Below are positions 19,690 to 28,768 of a stretch of DNA of 64,000 nt, in pieces. The notes beneath the pieces were generated by a model. The model did not search any database. It worked only from the letters and a program-made list of their open reading frames with translations, and was not told the origin of the DNA. A program made the translations under genes and the position numbers. The DNA comes from a virus. The DNA lies in the IMG/VR virus record IMGVR_UViG_3300021389_000015, positions 9,321 through 73,320 of that record; one strand, given 5' to 3'. How positions within the stretch are numbered: position 1 is the first letter of the stretch; each line of letters begins with the position of its first letter.

Positions 19690-20593
19690 GAGTATATTTG
19701 ATAATAAAACTACAGAAAAACTATCATTCAAAGATTTTGATTCTTTTGAGAAAGCGTTGTATGGTTTATCTGAACGTAGAATTAAATCTAAAAAAGATGC
19801 TCCATTAATGTCACCAGCTTGTTATACGCCCGACACTACACGTGCAAATGCTAATGTAACTATGTGGTCAGGCTGGTGTGCAGTTGATGTTGATGATTTT
19901 ATATTTAAAGGAGATTTATATGACGCACTTCGTACTAAGTTTGGTAACTATAAGTTTGTTTGCTATTCTACTGCTAGCAGCACACAATCTCTACCAAAGT
20001 TTCGTATTGTCTTTCCACTTACAAAAAAGGTTCAATCTGAAAAGATTCGACACTTTTGGTTTGCTCTCCAAACGCTACTCGGCGAAGTCGGAGATAAACA
20101 AACCAAGGATCTATCTCGTATGTATTATATTCCAGCAAAATATGATAATGCTTTTAATTTTATCTTTAGTAATGATGGGGATGCTATCGATCCTGATGTG
20201 GTAATGACTAAAGTTCCATATAGAGAAAAAAGTAACAGCAGCAATTTCTTTGATAGATTACCTGAAGATATGCAGAAAGAAATCATCCAACATAGAAAAT
20301 CAAAACTTGATAATGTTAATATCAATTGGTCATCATATACCAATTGTCCATTTATACCAAAGCAAATGGTAACCGAATACAAGTTAATTAATAATACTGG
20401 TTGGTATCATAAAATGTACCAAATTATGGTTGCTACTGCTGGTAATGCAATTAAAAACAAATATCCAATTACTGCTCAAGAAATCACAACACTATGTCGT
20501 GAAATAGACATTGACACTGGTAATTGGTACAAGTCAAGACCAATGGATAAGGAAGCTGATCGTGCACTCGAATATGTCTACAAAAATATCTAA
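19664..20593 (+). CDS. primase-like protein (AEP / prim-pol type)
   Basis: R.NANV, AVDVDD, YSTAS, PKFRIVFPL, D.QTKDLSRMYYIP. Confidence 0.7.
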   Translation: MEISLTLFKSIFDNKTTEKLSFKDFDSFEKALYGLSERRIKSKKDAPLMSPACYTPDTTRANANVTMWSGWCAVDVDDFIFKGDLYDALRTKFGNYKFVCYSTASSTQSLPKFRIVFPLTKKVQSEKIRHFWFALQTLLGEVGDKQTKDLSRMYYIPAKYDNAFNFIFSNDGDAIDPDVVMTKVPYREKSNSSNFFDRLPEDMQKEIIQHRKSKLDNVNINWSSYTNCPFIPKQMVTEYKLINNTGWYHKMYQIMVATAGNAIKNKYPITAQEITTLCREIDIDTGNWYKSRPMDKEADRALEYVYKNI

Positions 20594-21047
20594 AGTAATA
20601 AACGGACTAGAAATAACAGTTACTCAAAGCTTTGTAGATTGGGCAGATAAGAAATCTAGAACACCAGGTTTTAGATATGAGTTAGGCAGAAAAGGTCTTG
20701 ATTTTGAATTACTAGAACAGTGGCTACTATATAATAATTTTGTTGATAAAAAAGATACAACAGACAAATACTGGCCAGATTTTAATATCGGAAAATTAAG
20801 AGTTGATAATAAATGCATAAGCTCAAAATGGTTTGAAATAAAAAGTACTGTTAAGCATGCTGTAGACGAAGGACTTATAACACATTTTCTTTTTTATTCT
20901 ATTGATAATAAATCAAAAGATGTTTTTAAAGTAGGTGATATTATTAAGCATAAGTTTATTGGGTTTGAAGAGGCAAATAAGATTTTAAGTAAAAAAATAA
21001 AAGGTAAATATTCAGAAGTAGTTAATTTAGAAAATTATTTCATTTAA
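20574..21047 (+). CDS. hypothetical protein, possible PD-(D/E)XK nuclease
   Basis: WPDF...VDNK motif; start probably MSTKISK. Confidence 0.45.
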   Translation: MSTKISKVINGLEITVTQSFVDWADKKSRTPGFRYELGRKGLDFELLEQWLLYNNFVDKKDTTDKYWPDFNIGKLRVDNKCISSKWFEIKSTVKHAVDEGLITHFLFYSIDNKSKDVFKVGDIIKHKFIGFEEANKILSKKIKGKYSEVVNLENYFI

Positions 21048-21060
21048 GTGCATTTTTTCC

Positions 21061-21089
21061 TTTACATTCCCTAATTTCTGTGGTATAAT
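21061..21089 (+). promoter_or_regulatory. early sigma70-type promoter
   Basis: TTAAGTGCATTTTTTCC-TTTACA-N17-TATAAT. Confidence 0.8.
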
Positions 21090-21123
21090 AGTACTATAAA
21101 ATTAAAAAGGGAGTTTTTATATT

Positions 21124-21315
21124 ATGTCTACTAAATTCAACACTACTCAAAACGCACCATCAAGGTCTAACGCTAATCGTTCACCTAATAAACAACCTAA
21201 AGCCATGCCACGAAATGGTAAATTTCCTGGCGATTACGGTGAGAAATCATCAAGATTTGGTTCTCAGGCTCGGTACTGGAATCAATTAATGGCCAACAAA
21301 TATGGTACATTATAA
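21124..21315 (+). CDS. small basic early protein
   Basis: GGGAG SD after a promoter. Confidence 0.6.
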   Translation: MSTKFNTTQNAPSRSNANRSPNKQPKAMPRNGKFPGDYGEKSSRFGSQARYWNQLMANKYGTL

Positions 21316-21506
21316 TGGCTCATGAATCTGAAATCATAAATACTTACAAACATCCATTCGTCGGCATAAAATGGCCGGTGACTGGATCTAAAGGTGATAC
21401 ATACAATGTTACTATGCGTGATAGTGGATTTGATTGTGACTGTATTGCATTCAGAAAATGTAAACACATTAAAGAAGTTGAAGAAAGGATTGTGCCAAAT
21501 GATTAA
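21315..21506 (+). CDS. SWIM-type zinc finger protein
   Basis: GSKGDTYNV...CDC..F..CKHI. Confidence 0.75.
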   Translation: MAHESEIINTYKHPFVGIKWPVTGSKGDTYNVTMRDSGFDCDCIAFRKCKHIKEVEERIVPND

Positions 21507-21574
21507 TATGTTAATCACTTTTTTTCATTTAAGTGCATTTTTTCCTTTACAAACCATAAAAACTATGGTATAAT
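21503..21574 (+). promoter_or_regulatory. early promoter with upstream TTAA-N4-TTAATCAC element
   Basis: -35 TTTACA at 21546, -10 TATAAT at 21569; the upstream element recurs at 31454 and 44276. Confidence 0.8.
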
Positions 21575-21610
21575 ATATCTATTAAAATGAAAAAAGCGGA
21601 GTTTAAAAAT

Positions 21611-21967
21611 ATGTATAAAGGTTATCAATCAGAATTATTTACTAATAACTGGGGAGTTAATTCAGGTTTCAAACATTTAGCTGATAAGTTAAATGAGTTA
21701 TTACCATTTGAAGGTAGATGTGAAAAGCCAATGTCTTCAAACAAACACCTTGAAAAGTTTAGAAGAGCTCAAAATGCAGCTTATGATCTTTTCAATAACG
21801 GTCTTTGTAATAGAAGAGGTCTTTTCAACAGTGTATATGGTTTTGCACCTACTATGTCACAAACTCACCATGCCATGGCAACCACATGGTCTAACTGGGA
21901 AGACATGGTCGAAGAAACACTTACACCAATTATTATTAATGCAGCTAAAGAACAGGGAGTACAATAA
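21611..21967 (+). CDS. early hypothetical protein
   Basis: GCGGAG SD before MYKGYQ; YDLFNNGLCNR motif. Confidence 0.65.
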   Translation: MYKGYQSELFTNNWGVNSGFKHLADKLNELLPFEGRCEKPMSSNKHLEKFRRAQNAAYDLFNNGLCNRRGLFNSVYGFAPTMSQTHHAMATTWSNWEDMVEETLTPIIINAAKEQGVQ

Positions 21968-22144
21968 TGCACGAATATCAAACATCAATATACACTCAAG
22001 ATAGTGTTACTAAATCAATTACTCTTTCAGTAGTAGAACTTGGCTTCAGTGAAAAAAACTCAGTCGATAACGCATTTGATACTTTTAAGTGTCTAGCTTT
22101 AAATCTAAATGAAATACTTAAAATTGAAACAAAGGGGATATAAT

Positions 22145-22363
22145 ATGGTTAAGTTTGATAATATATTTTATGTAGGTGATACCGTTGAAACTAAACACGG
22201 TCTAAATAAGATTGTTAAAATAGAGTTAATGCCTGAACCAAGACATTACTCTAAGTGTGGAATAAATGTAGAAAAAATGTTTACAAACATGAAAAACTAT
22301 TGTATAATAGATCTAGATAACAAACATTTTGTATATGGAGATGAGGTAGAATTATGCCGATAA
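22145..22363 (+). CDS. hypothetical protein
   Basis: MVKFDNIFYVGDTV; contains an internal promoter. Confidence 0.55.
   Translation: MVKFDNIFYVGDTVETKHGLNKIVKIELMPEPRHYSKCGINVEKMFTNMKNYCIIDLDNKHFVYGDEVELCR
22280..22308 (+). promoter_or_regulatory. intragenic early promoter for the DNA-modification operon
   Basis: TTTACA-N17-TATAAT 45 nt upstream of the ORF at 22354. Confidence 0.65.
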
Positions 22364-22695
22364 TAGATAGAAAAGAATCCGTTGCAGTCCTACAAGAATG
22401 TATGGACTTACAACTCAGAAAATCCAAAGATTATCAAAGCGATACATCTAATGTAACACAATCAATGCATTATCGTAGAGGTGTGGATACAATCCATGAC
22501 ATCATCATCGGTAAGCTTATGCGTGCTACATCACTACTTGAGTCTGGTAATAATCCAAACTTCGAATCACTCGAAGATACTTACAAAGATATGATTAACT
22601 ATGCATCCTTTGCAGTATCATATATGCGTGGTAAAATGGATGGCCAGAATCCAAAGCACGATATGTTCAATAAGCCTAAAGGTCCTAAAATATGA
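22354..22695 (+). CDS. nucleotide-modification-associated domain protein (Nmad1/DUF1599-like)
   Basis: RKSKDY...K..R...ESLEDTYKDMINYA pattern. Confidence 0.7.
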   Translation: MPIIDRKESVAVLQECMDLQLRKSKDYQSDTSNVTQSMHYRRGVDTIHDIIIGKLMRATSLLESGNNPNFESLEDTYKDMINYASFAVSYMRGKMDGQNPKHDMFNKPKGPKI

Positions 22696-23369
22696 TGAAT
22701 AGCGTAGATGATATAAGAAATTTATTTAAGTCTAAACTTCTTAATGAAAAGTTTACTATTGATAGAACTGGCCAAAAAACTATTGAACATATCGGTGCAT
22801 CTTTCTTAGCTGATCAACCTTCAATCTTTGGTGCACCTAATAAAAAATATATTGAAAAAGAATTACGATGGTACAAGAGTCAAATCACTAATGTAAATGC
22901 TATTGATGATAAAGTTCCAGAAGCATGGCAATACGCTGCAAACGATTATGGTGAAATTAATTCTAACTACGGTCAGATAATATTCTCTGATAAATACTAT
23001 CACCAGTATGGTAGAGTGCTAGATGAACTACTAGAAAACCCTGATGGTCGTAGAGCTTCAATGATATACAATCGTCCAAGTATATGGGAGGAATACAATG
23101 AAAATGGTAAGAGTGATTTCATATGTACTAATGCCGTTACCTATTACATACGTGATGATAAACTACACTGTGTTGTTCAAATGCGCTCTAACGATGTCGT
23201 GTACGGATATAAGAATGACTATGCTTGGCAGCTTTCTATTTTAGAAGAATTAGTCGAAGATTATAATCAATGTAAGAAAGAGACAATAGAGCCTATTACG
23301 TATGGTGATGTAATATGGCAAGTACAAAACTTGCATGTTTATGAAAGGCATTTTCATCTTGTCAAATAA
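22692..23369 (+). CDS. gp42: dCMP hydroxymethylase (thymidylate synthase fold)
   Basis: INSNYG, RRASMIY.RP, DFICTN, MRSNDVVYGYKNDYAWQ, NLHVYERHF closely match T4 gp42, including the dCMP-specifying Asp. Confidence 0.85.
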   Translation: MMNSVDDIRNLFKSKLLNEKFTIDRTGQKTIEHIGASFLADQPSIFGAPNKKYIEKELRWYKSQITNVNAIDDKVPEAWQYAANDYGEINSNYGQIIFSDKYYHQYGRVLDELLENPDGRRASMIYNRPSIWEEYNENGKSDFICTNAVTYYIRDDKLHCVVQMRSNDVVYGYKNDYAWQLSILEELVEDYNQCKKETIEPITYGDVIWQVQNLHVYERHFHLVK

Positions 23370-23799
23370 ATGGGATAAAAGATTTCTAGAAATGGCAAAG
23401 CTTGTGGCCTCATGGTCAAAAGATCCATCAACGCAAGTTGGTTCAGTTGCTGTAAGAAATAGAACAGTTATAGCTCAAGGTTATAATGGTTTTCCTAGAG
23501 GTGTGGATGACCATGAATTATATTATTTAAATAAAGCAATAAAATATAAACGTATAGTTCATGCAGAAATGAATGCAATTTATAATGCAGCAGAAAATGG
23601 TGTGTCATTAAAAGGTTCTACAATCTATGTAATAGGTTTACCAATATGCCATGATTGTGCAAAAGGTTTAATTCAAGCAGGCATAAGTAGAGTAGTAACG
23701 CCAGAACAAGAGATACCAGAAAACTGGCAAGATTCAATAACAAGTTCAATATCAATGTTTAAAGAGGCAGGTGTAGTATGGGACTGGATAAAGTATTAG
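23359..23799 (+). CDS. cd: dCMP deaminase
   Basis: WSKDPSTQVG, GYNGFPRG, HAEMNAI, CHDCAK. Confidence 0.92.
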   Translation: MSNKWDKRFLEMAKLVASWSKDPSTQVGSVAVRNRTVIAQGYNGFPRGVDDHELYYLNKAIKYKRIVHAEMNAIYNAAENGVSLKGSTIYVIGLPICHDCAKGLIQAGISRVVTPEQEIPENWQDSITSSISMFKEAGVVWDWIKY

Positions 23800-24155
23800 T
23801 AGTTGGACATAGTCCGGGTAAAACACCCATAAATAAAATGAAGAATGGATCACCAACACTTAATAGGCTAAACCTTTGGCTCGATGCATGTGAGGTAGAT
23901 CTATACAGCTTCAGTAACATCTATGCACACCACAAGGAATCTCTGAAAATAGCCGATATCGATGGAATATATGTCTCTAAAATAGCCGAAAATTATAATA
24001 AAATTATAACATTAGGCGGTTTTGTGTCACAATATTTCACTAAAAGGGGTATAAAACACTTTGCTGCTCCACACCCCTCGCCACGTAATAGAAAGTTTAA
24101 TAATAAATCGTATGAACCTATGGTTATAAATCAATTGAAGGAGTATTTAAAATGA
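23778..24155 (+). CDS. uracil-DNA glycosylase-superfamily protein
   Basis: VVGHSPG, FSN, IITLG, PHPSPRN. Confidence 0.65.
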   Translation: MGLDKVLVVGHSPGKTPINKMKNGSPTLNRLNLWLDACEVDLYSFSNIYAHHKESLKIADIDGIYVSKIAENYNKIITLGGFVSQYFTKRGIKHFAAPHPSPRNRKFNNKSYEPMVINQLKEYLK

Positions 24156-25432
24156 AAGTAGGAGTCTTATTAGGTAGAGGTGTTGAAGGCGTAGGCTTGA
24201 CTAAGAATGTAGTTGAGTTTCAAAAGCTTTTCCCTGGTGTAGAAGTATTTGCTACTATTGATAAATTATGGCAAAGAATGAACTCTATGGACTTTAAAGT
24301 AAATTACTTTAGAGGTACAGATTGGGATGAAGTTAGTAAACCATCAAAGAAATTTCCAGATTTATTAACATGTTCAAAGGTTGTTGAAAGAATCAATCAA
24401 CTCGACATGTGCATTGTTTGGAGTGTACCATCTAAATCTCATCCAGAAGATTGTATAAGTAACTTTATAAAGATGATGGATGAAATTAAAGTACGTAAGT
24501 CTTTAGTTCAGGTAGACCATAAAATACATTCTATAAATAGGAATGCCGGCTTAGCTGAAATATGTTCTAAAGTCGATGTATTAATGTGTCATTATATAGA
24601 TAACCCTTTTGGTAAATGGGTTAAAAAGAACAAGATTAAAACACCAATCACAAATATGGGTGTAGGATTCAATTTTAATAAAGATTATTGGAAACCTATT
24701 GAACAACAAAATCCTTATTATGTAAGATGGGTAGGTCGTACCGCTATGTGGAAAGGACCAGACGTAATGATTGATTTCCACAATGATCATCTTTGCAAAA
24801 ATCATTTCATTACAATACTTGAAGGTTTAGAAGCTTCGATAAATTACCCTGCAGTTCTTTATAAAAATCCAAAGGAAATGACGGGTCGAAGACAAGTGGT
24901 GAATTACTTTAGACCTGAGAAAGGTATTGATAATACCGGTAAACATCCTGTCTATGGTGCTGAAACAACAAATCAAGGTGCGTACTTGTATGGTGCATAT
25001 ACACACAGTGAAATGATGGAAAGAATGAGTTTAGGTGGATTTGGTTCTGACCTTATGTATTTTAAAGAAGACATATATGGTGATAACGTAGAGTACTGCC
25101 ACACTGATTCATTTGCAGCAGGTGTAATACCTTTATTCCATAAACACTTCTGTGATCATGTAATACACAGAAAGCAAGGTAAGCCTATAAGTCAATGTAA
25201 AGATACAGGCACATTAGCTGTTGATGCATCAAGTGCGCAAGCAGTTTGTTCGCAAATGATTGTCCTTGCAAATGATAAAGTAATGAGAGATGAATGGAGA
25301 AACATGATGTATGAGTTTTGGAAAGAACACTGTGATGCTGAAACGGTATATAATGACATCATAAGTAGTACACTAAATTATAATGAAAAGTACAACGTTA
25401 ATGAAACAACACTGGAGGAATTTTTCGTATGA
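24152..25432 (+). CDS. agt: DNA alpha-glucosyltransferase-like (GT-B)
   Basis: N-terminus LGRGVEGVGLTK resembles T4 Agt (ARGLEGCGVTK); WVGRTAMWKG; C-terminal TLEEFFV. Confidence 0.78.
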   Translation: MKVGVLLGRGVEGVGLTKNVVEFQKLFPGVEVFATIDKLWQRMNSMDFKVNYFRGTDWDEVSKPSKKFPDLLTCSKVVERINQLDMCIVWSVPSKSHPEDCISNFIKMMDEIKVRKSLVQVDHKIHSINRNAGLAEICSKVDVLMCHYIDNPFGKWVKKNKIKTPITNMGVGFNFNKDYWKPIEQQNPYYVRWVGRTAMWKGPDVMIDFHNDHLCKNHFITILEGLEASINYPAVLYKNPKEMTGRRQVVNYFRPEKGIDNTGKHPVYGAETTNQGAYLYGAYTHSEMMERMSLGGFGSDLMYFKEDIYGDNVEYCHTDSFAAGVIPLFHKHFCDHVIHRKQGKPISQCKDTGTLAVDASSAQAVCSQMIVLANDKVMRDEWRNMMYEFWKEHCDAETVYNDIISSTLNYNEKYNVNETTLEEFFV

Positions 25433-26187
25433 AAATAGCACTAACTGGATCACGTGGCTTTATAGGTAGCCACTTAAAAACAAGACTTGAAAATGATGGA
25501 CATGAAATAGTGGAATGGGATTTAAAACTAGATCCGGAAAAATCTATAAAAGATTTTGATATACGACAAATACATGAAGCAAGTTATGTAATTCATCTTG
25601 CTGCATATGCTGATGTAAGAGCGAGTTTGGAAGATCCTCAAAGATATTGGGATAATAATGTAGAAAATACTAAACGTATTCAAAAGGTATGTAACTATAA
25701 TAATATACCTTTATTGTATGCATCTTCTTCTTGTATACATAACTGGTGGTTATCGCCTTATGGAATAAGTAAAAAAGTAAATGAAGCAACCGCATTTGAT
25801 CATCAGGTTGGATTAAGATTCACAACCGTATATGGCGATGGTGCTAGAGAATCTATGCTTATTGGTAAACTTATTGATGGTTCAATTGCTTATCTTACAA
25901 GACACGTAAGAGACTTTGTACACGTCAGTGATGTAGTAGACGCAATAGTATTATTAATGAGTAAAGATATTAGAACACTTAAGCCAGCATATGATATTGG
26001 TACAGGTGTAGGAAATGTAGTTATGGATCTTGGAATACTTGCAGGATGGGAAGGTATCGAAATAAGAGATGGTGATCCTTGTGAGGCACAAGATAATACT
26101 GCAGATATTTCAGAAATGAAAGCTTTAGGTTGGGAACCAAAAGTTAAAGTAGATGAGTACGTTGTAAAACACACGGTGCCACACTAA
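25429..26187 (+). CDS. NAD-dependent NDP-sugar epimerase/dehydratase
   Basis: TGSRGFIG, HLAA, YASSS, YGISK, LRFTTVYG. Confidence 0.9.
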   Translation: MKIALTGSRGFIGSHLKTRLENDGHEIVEWDLKLDPEKSIKDFDIRQIHEASYVIHLAAYADVRASLEDPQRYWDNNVENTKRIQKVCNYNNIPLLYASSSCIHNWWLSPYGISKKVNEATAFDHQVGLRFTTVYGDGARESMLIGKLIDGSIAYLTRHVRDFVHVSDVVDAIVLLMSKDIRTLKPAYDIGTGVGNVVMDLGILAGWEGIEIRDGDPCEAQDNTADISEMKALGWEPKVKVDEYVVKHTVPH

Positions 26188-27383
26188 TGAATTATGCAAG
26201 TATAGTACCACTTATAGGTGGTGAAACAATTGCTATGCAAAATGTTTTTAAAAAGAAACCGGAGTACATATTAAGTTATGAAGACTTTAAAGCAAACGAT
26301 ACACACTTGGTTGAATATTATAAAGGACAAGTCCCCTACTATCTTTTGGGAAATAACAGGTCATACGACTTGCCTTCTGTCGATGTTGTTAATACCGTAT
26401 GTCCTTGTGCTGGCTTGTCTAGTCTCAATACTTCAGCATCTTCTGATGCTGCTGCTAACGATTGGATGTCTACCTCTGCTAATTATGTCTTGGGTACACT
26501 CAAACCTAAAGTATTCTGGGGCGAAAACGCACCAAGACTTGCTTCAAAGATGGGAGAGCCTGTTGTTGAAGGTCTCAGGGAAATTGGAAAACAGCATGGT
26601 TACACTTTCTCATTATATAAAACGAAGTCTCTCCTTCATGGACTCGGACAAGTAAGAGATAGATCTTTTTATTTCTTTTGGAAAGGTAGTAAAATACCAC
26701 AACTTAGTTATGTAAAGAGAAGTCATACTAAGATTGAAGATACTATAAGATCAACTCAAAACAATTCTGATGATCCTATGAATGTTCTTACTAACAAAGC
26801 AACACCGTCTGATGATCCTTATTATAGATATGTACTTGAAGAACTTGAAGGTGGCATAACTCATAATGAATTTCAAAACAAAATCAAAAAGAGTTATGAT
26901 GTTCTTCATTACATTGAAGATAAGAAAGTACCTTACAGCGAAGTGAGTCATTGGATGTCATCTAATGGTTTTGAAAAACAAGCACAAAGATGCAAGGTTA
27001 TGCATGATAAATTAACCGGTGGCGGTAACATCATGAGAAGAGGTGTGTACGTACCAAAAGATTATATTGGAGCTTTTGTAGGTAGTGCACCAACTAAACT
27101 AACACATCCTGATATTGATAGACATCTCACAATAAGAGAATGTTTAAACATAATGGGATTACCTAATGACTTTATGTTACAAGGTGGACTTAAAAATTTA
27201 AATCATATTTGTCAAAATGTGCCAGTTACAACTGCAACTGACATGGCTGAGAATGTTTTAAGGTTTTGTGATGGCAGATTAGATAACCAATTATGGGATA
27301 TGGATTTCATGATTCAAGACAATAAAAATCAATCGATAATTAGTGAAAATAAACCTTTACAATTAGACGAATTTATGGTATAA
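26187..27383 (+). CDS. divergent DNA cytosine-C5 methyltransferase-like protein
   Basis: Catalytic PCAGLS, ENAP, Q.RDR, R.LTIREC..IMG.P; motif I degenerate (PLIGGE). Confidence 0.75.
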   Translation: MNYASIVPLIGGETIAMQNVFKKKPEYILSYEDFKANDTHLVEYYKGQVPYYLLGNNRSYDLPSVDVVNTVCPCAGLSSLNTSASSDAAANDWMSTSANYVLGTLKPKVFWGENAPRLASKMGEPVVEGLREIGKQHGYTFSLYKTKSLLHGLGQVRDRSFYFFWKGSKIPQLSYVKRSHTKIEDTIRSTQNNSDDPMNVLTNKATPSDDPYYRYVLEELEGGITHNEFQNKIKKSYDVLHYIEDKKVPYSEVSHWMSSNGFEKQAQRCKVMHDKLTGGGNIMRRGVYVPKDYIGAFVGSAPTKLTHPDIDRHLTIRECLNIMGLPNDFMLQGGLKNLNHICQNVPVTTATDMAENVLRFCDGRLDNQLWDMDFMIQDNKNQSIISENKPLQLDEFMV

Positions 27384-27384
27384 T
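27356..27384 (+). promoter_or_regulatory. early promoter for uvsX-gp41, overlapping the MTase 3' end
   Basis: CCTTTACA-N17-TATAAT. Confidence 0.8.
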
Positions 27385-27410
27385 AATAATATTATTTGTA
27401 GGAGAAATGT

Positions 27411-28454
27411 ATGTCAATAATGGATAAACTTAAGAAGAACAGTAAAGTAGATTACACATCTATACTTGCTGATTCTAAATTTTTTAATGATAAAGATATG
27501 GTACCAACAGATGTACCTATGATCAACGTGGCTTTATCAGGTTCAATGGACGGTGGCATATCGCCTGGCCTGACAGTTTTAGCTGGTCCATCAAAACACT
27601 TTAAAACTTCATTTGCTTTAATTATGGCAAGTGCTTATTTAAAACAATATGATGATTCTGTATTACTATTTTATGATTCAGAGTTTGGTTCACCTCAATC
27701 ATATTTCGAAAACTTTGGCATCGATACTACAAGAGTTTTACACACTCCTATCACAAATGTTGAAGAACTTAAATTTGACATGATAGCACAACTTGAAGGT
27801 TTAGATAGAAAAGATAAAGTTGTAATTGTAATTGATTCAATCGGTAACCTTGCTTCTAAAAAAGAATTAGACGATGCAATAAATGAAAAATCAGTTGCTG
27901 ATATGTCAAGAGCAAAAGCACTTAAAGGTTTATTTAGAATGGTAACACCATATTTGAATATGAAAGACATACCTCTACTTGCTGTTAATCATACTTACCA
28001 AGAAATTGGATTGTTTCCAAAAGCTGTAGTTTCTGGTGGTACTGGTATTTACTACAGTGCAGATAATATCTGGATTCTTGGCAGGCAACAAGATAAAGTT
28101 GGTACAGAAATCAAAGGTTATCACTTTGTAATTAATGTAGAAAAATCAAGGTTTGTAAAAGAAAAATCTAAAATACCAATATCAGTAAGTTGGGATGGCG
28201 GTGTACAACACTGGTCAGGTTTACTTGATGTAGCAATGACAGGTAACTACGTAGCCAAGCCTTCAGCTGGTTGGTACTGTAGAGTTGATAAATCTACTGG
28301 TGAATTAATTGATCCTAAAGTTAGAGAAAAAGATACTCTTAACGAAGAGTTTTGGAAACCTATAATAGAAGAAACTGACTTCAAACAATTTGTCACTAAT
28401 AAGTATTCGATACTTAACAATGTGGTAGATCTTGAAAAGATGGATCAGCACTAA
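27411..28454 (+). CDS. uvsX: RecA-like recombinase UvsX
   Basis: AGPSKHFKT, FYDSEFG, IDSIGNLAS, GGTGIYYSA. Confidence 0.96.
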   Translation: MSIMDKLKKNSKVDYTSILADSKFFNDKDMVPTDVPMINVALSGSMDGGISPGLTVLAGPSKHFKTSFALIMASAYLKQYDDSVLLFYDSEFGSPQSYFENFGIDTTRVLHTPITNVEELKFDMIAQLEGLDRKDKVVIVIDSIGNLASKKELDDAINEKSVADMSRAKALKGLFRMVTPYLNMKDIPLLAVNHTYQEIGLFPKAVVSGGTGIYYSADNIWILGRQQDKVGTEIKGYHFVINVEKSRFVKEKSKIPISVSWDGGVQHWSGLLDVAMTGNYVAKPSAGWYCRVDKSTGELIDPKVREKDTLNEEFWKPIIEETDFKQFVTNKYSILNNVVDLEKMDQH

Positions 28455-28768
28455 TGCTGCTAGTCGAAGATAAGCACTATCAAATAATTCCAGACAAAGG
28501 TGATGATCAAGCTTGGAATGTTAGATTATTATCAGGTCCATACACTGAAACGGTGCTAAAATATGGTGTAGTAAAATTTAATGGAAAAGGAAAAGAAAAA
28601 TATATGTCTTTCAACTTCGACATTGTTTACTCACCAGACACAGAACTTAAAAAAGAAAATATTGAACTTCAAGAGTTTGCTGGAAACTTATTAGAACAAG
28701 TGATGGCAAGAGGTATTGAAGAAGGTAACGTAATAACAAGAGAGGTTAAGGATGCAGATAACAGCTAG
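28454..28768 (+). CDS. hypothetical protein (in the position of T4 gp40)
   Basis: 104-aa ORF between uvsX and gp41. Confidence 0.55.
   Translation: MLLVEDKHYQIIPDKGDDQAWNVRLLSGPYTETVLKYGVVKFNGKGKEKYMSFNFDIVYSPDTELKKENIELQEFAGNLLEQVMARGIEEGNVITREVKDADNS

Noticed and set aside
21503-21518. CtrA binding site
   Set aside because: Spacing is TTAA-N4-TTAA, not the TTAA-N7-TTAA consensus
22692-23369. Ordinary thymidylate synthase ThyA
   Set aside because: Motifs match T4 gp42 (CTN, NDYAWQ with Asp), it neighbours an Agt-like gene, and ThyX is encoded separately
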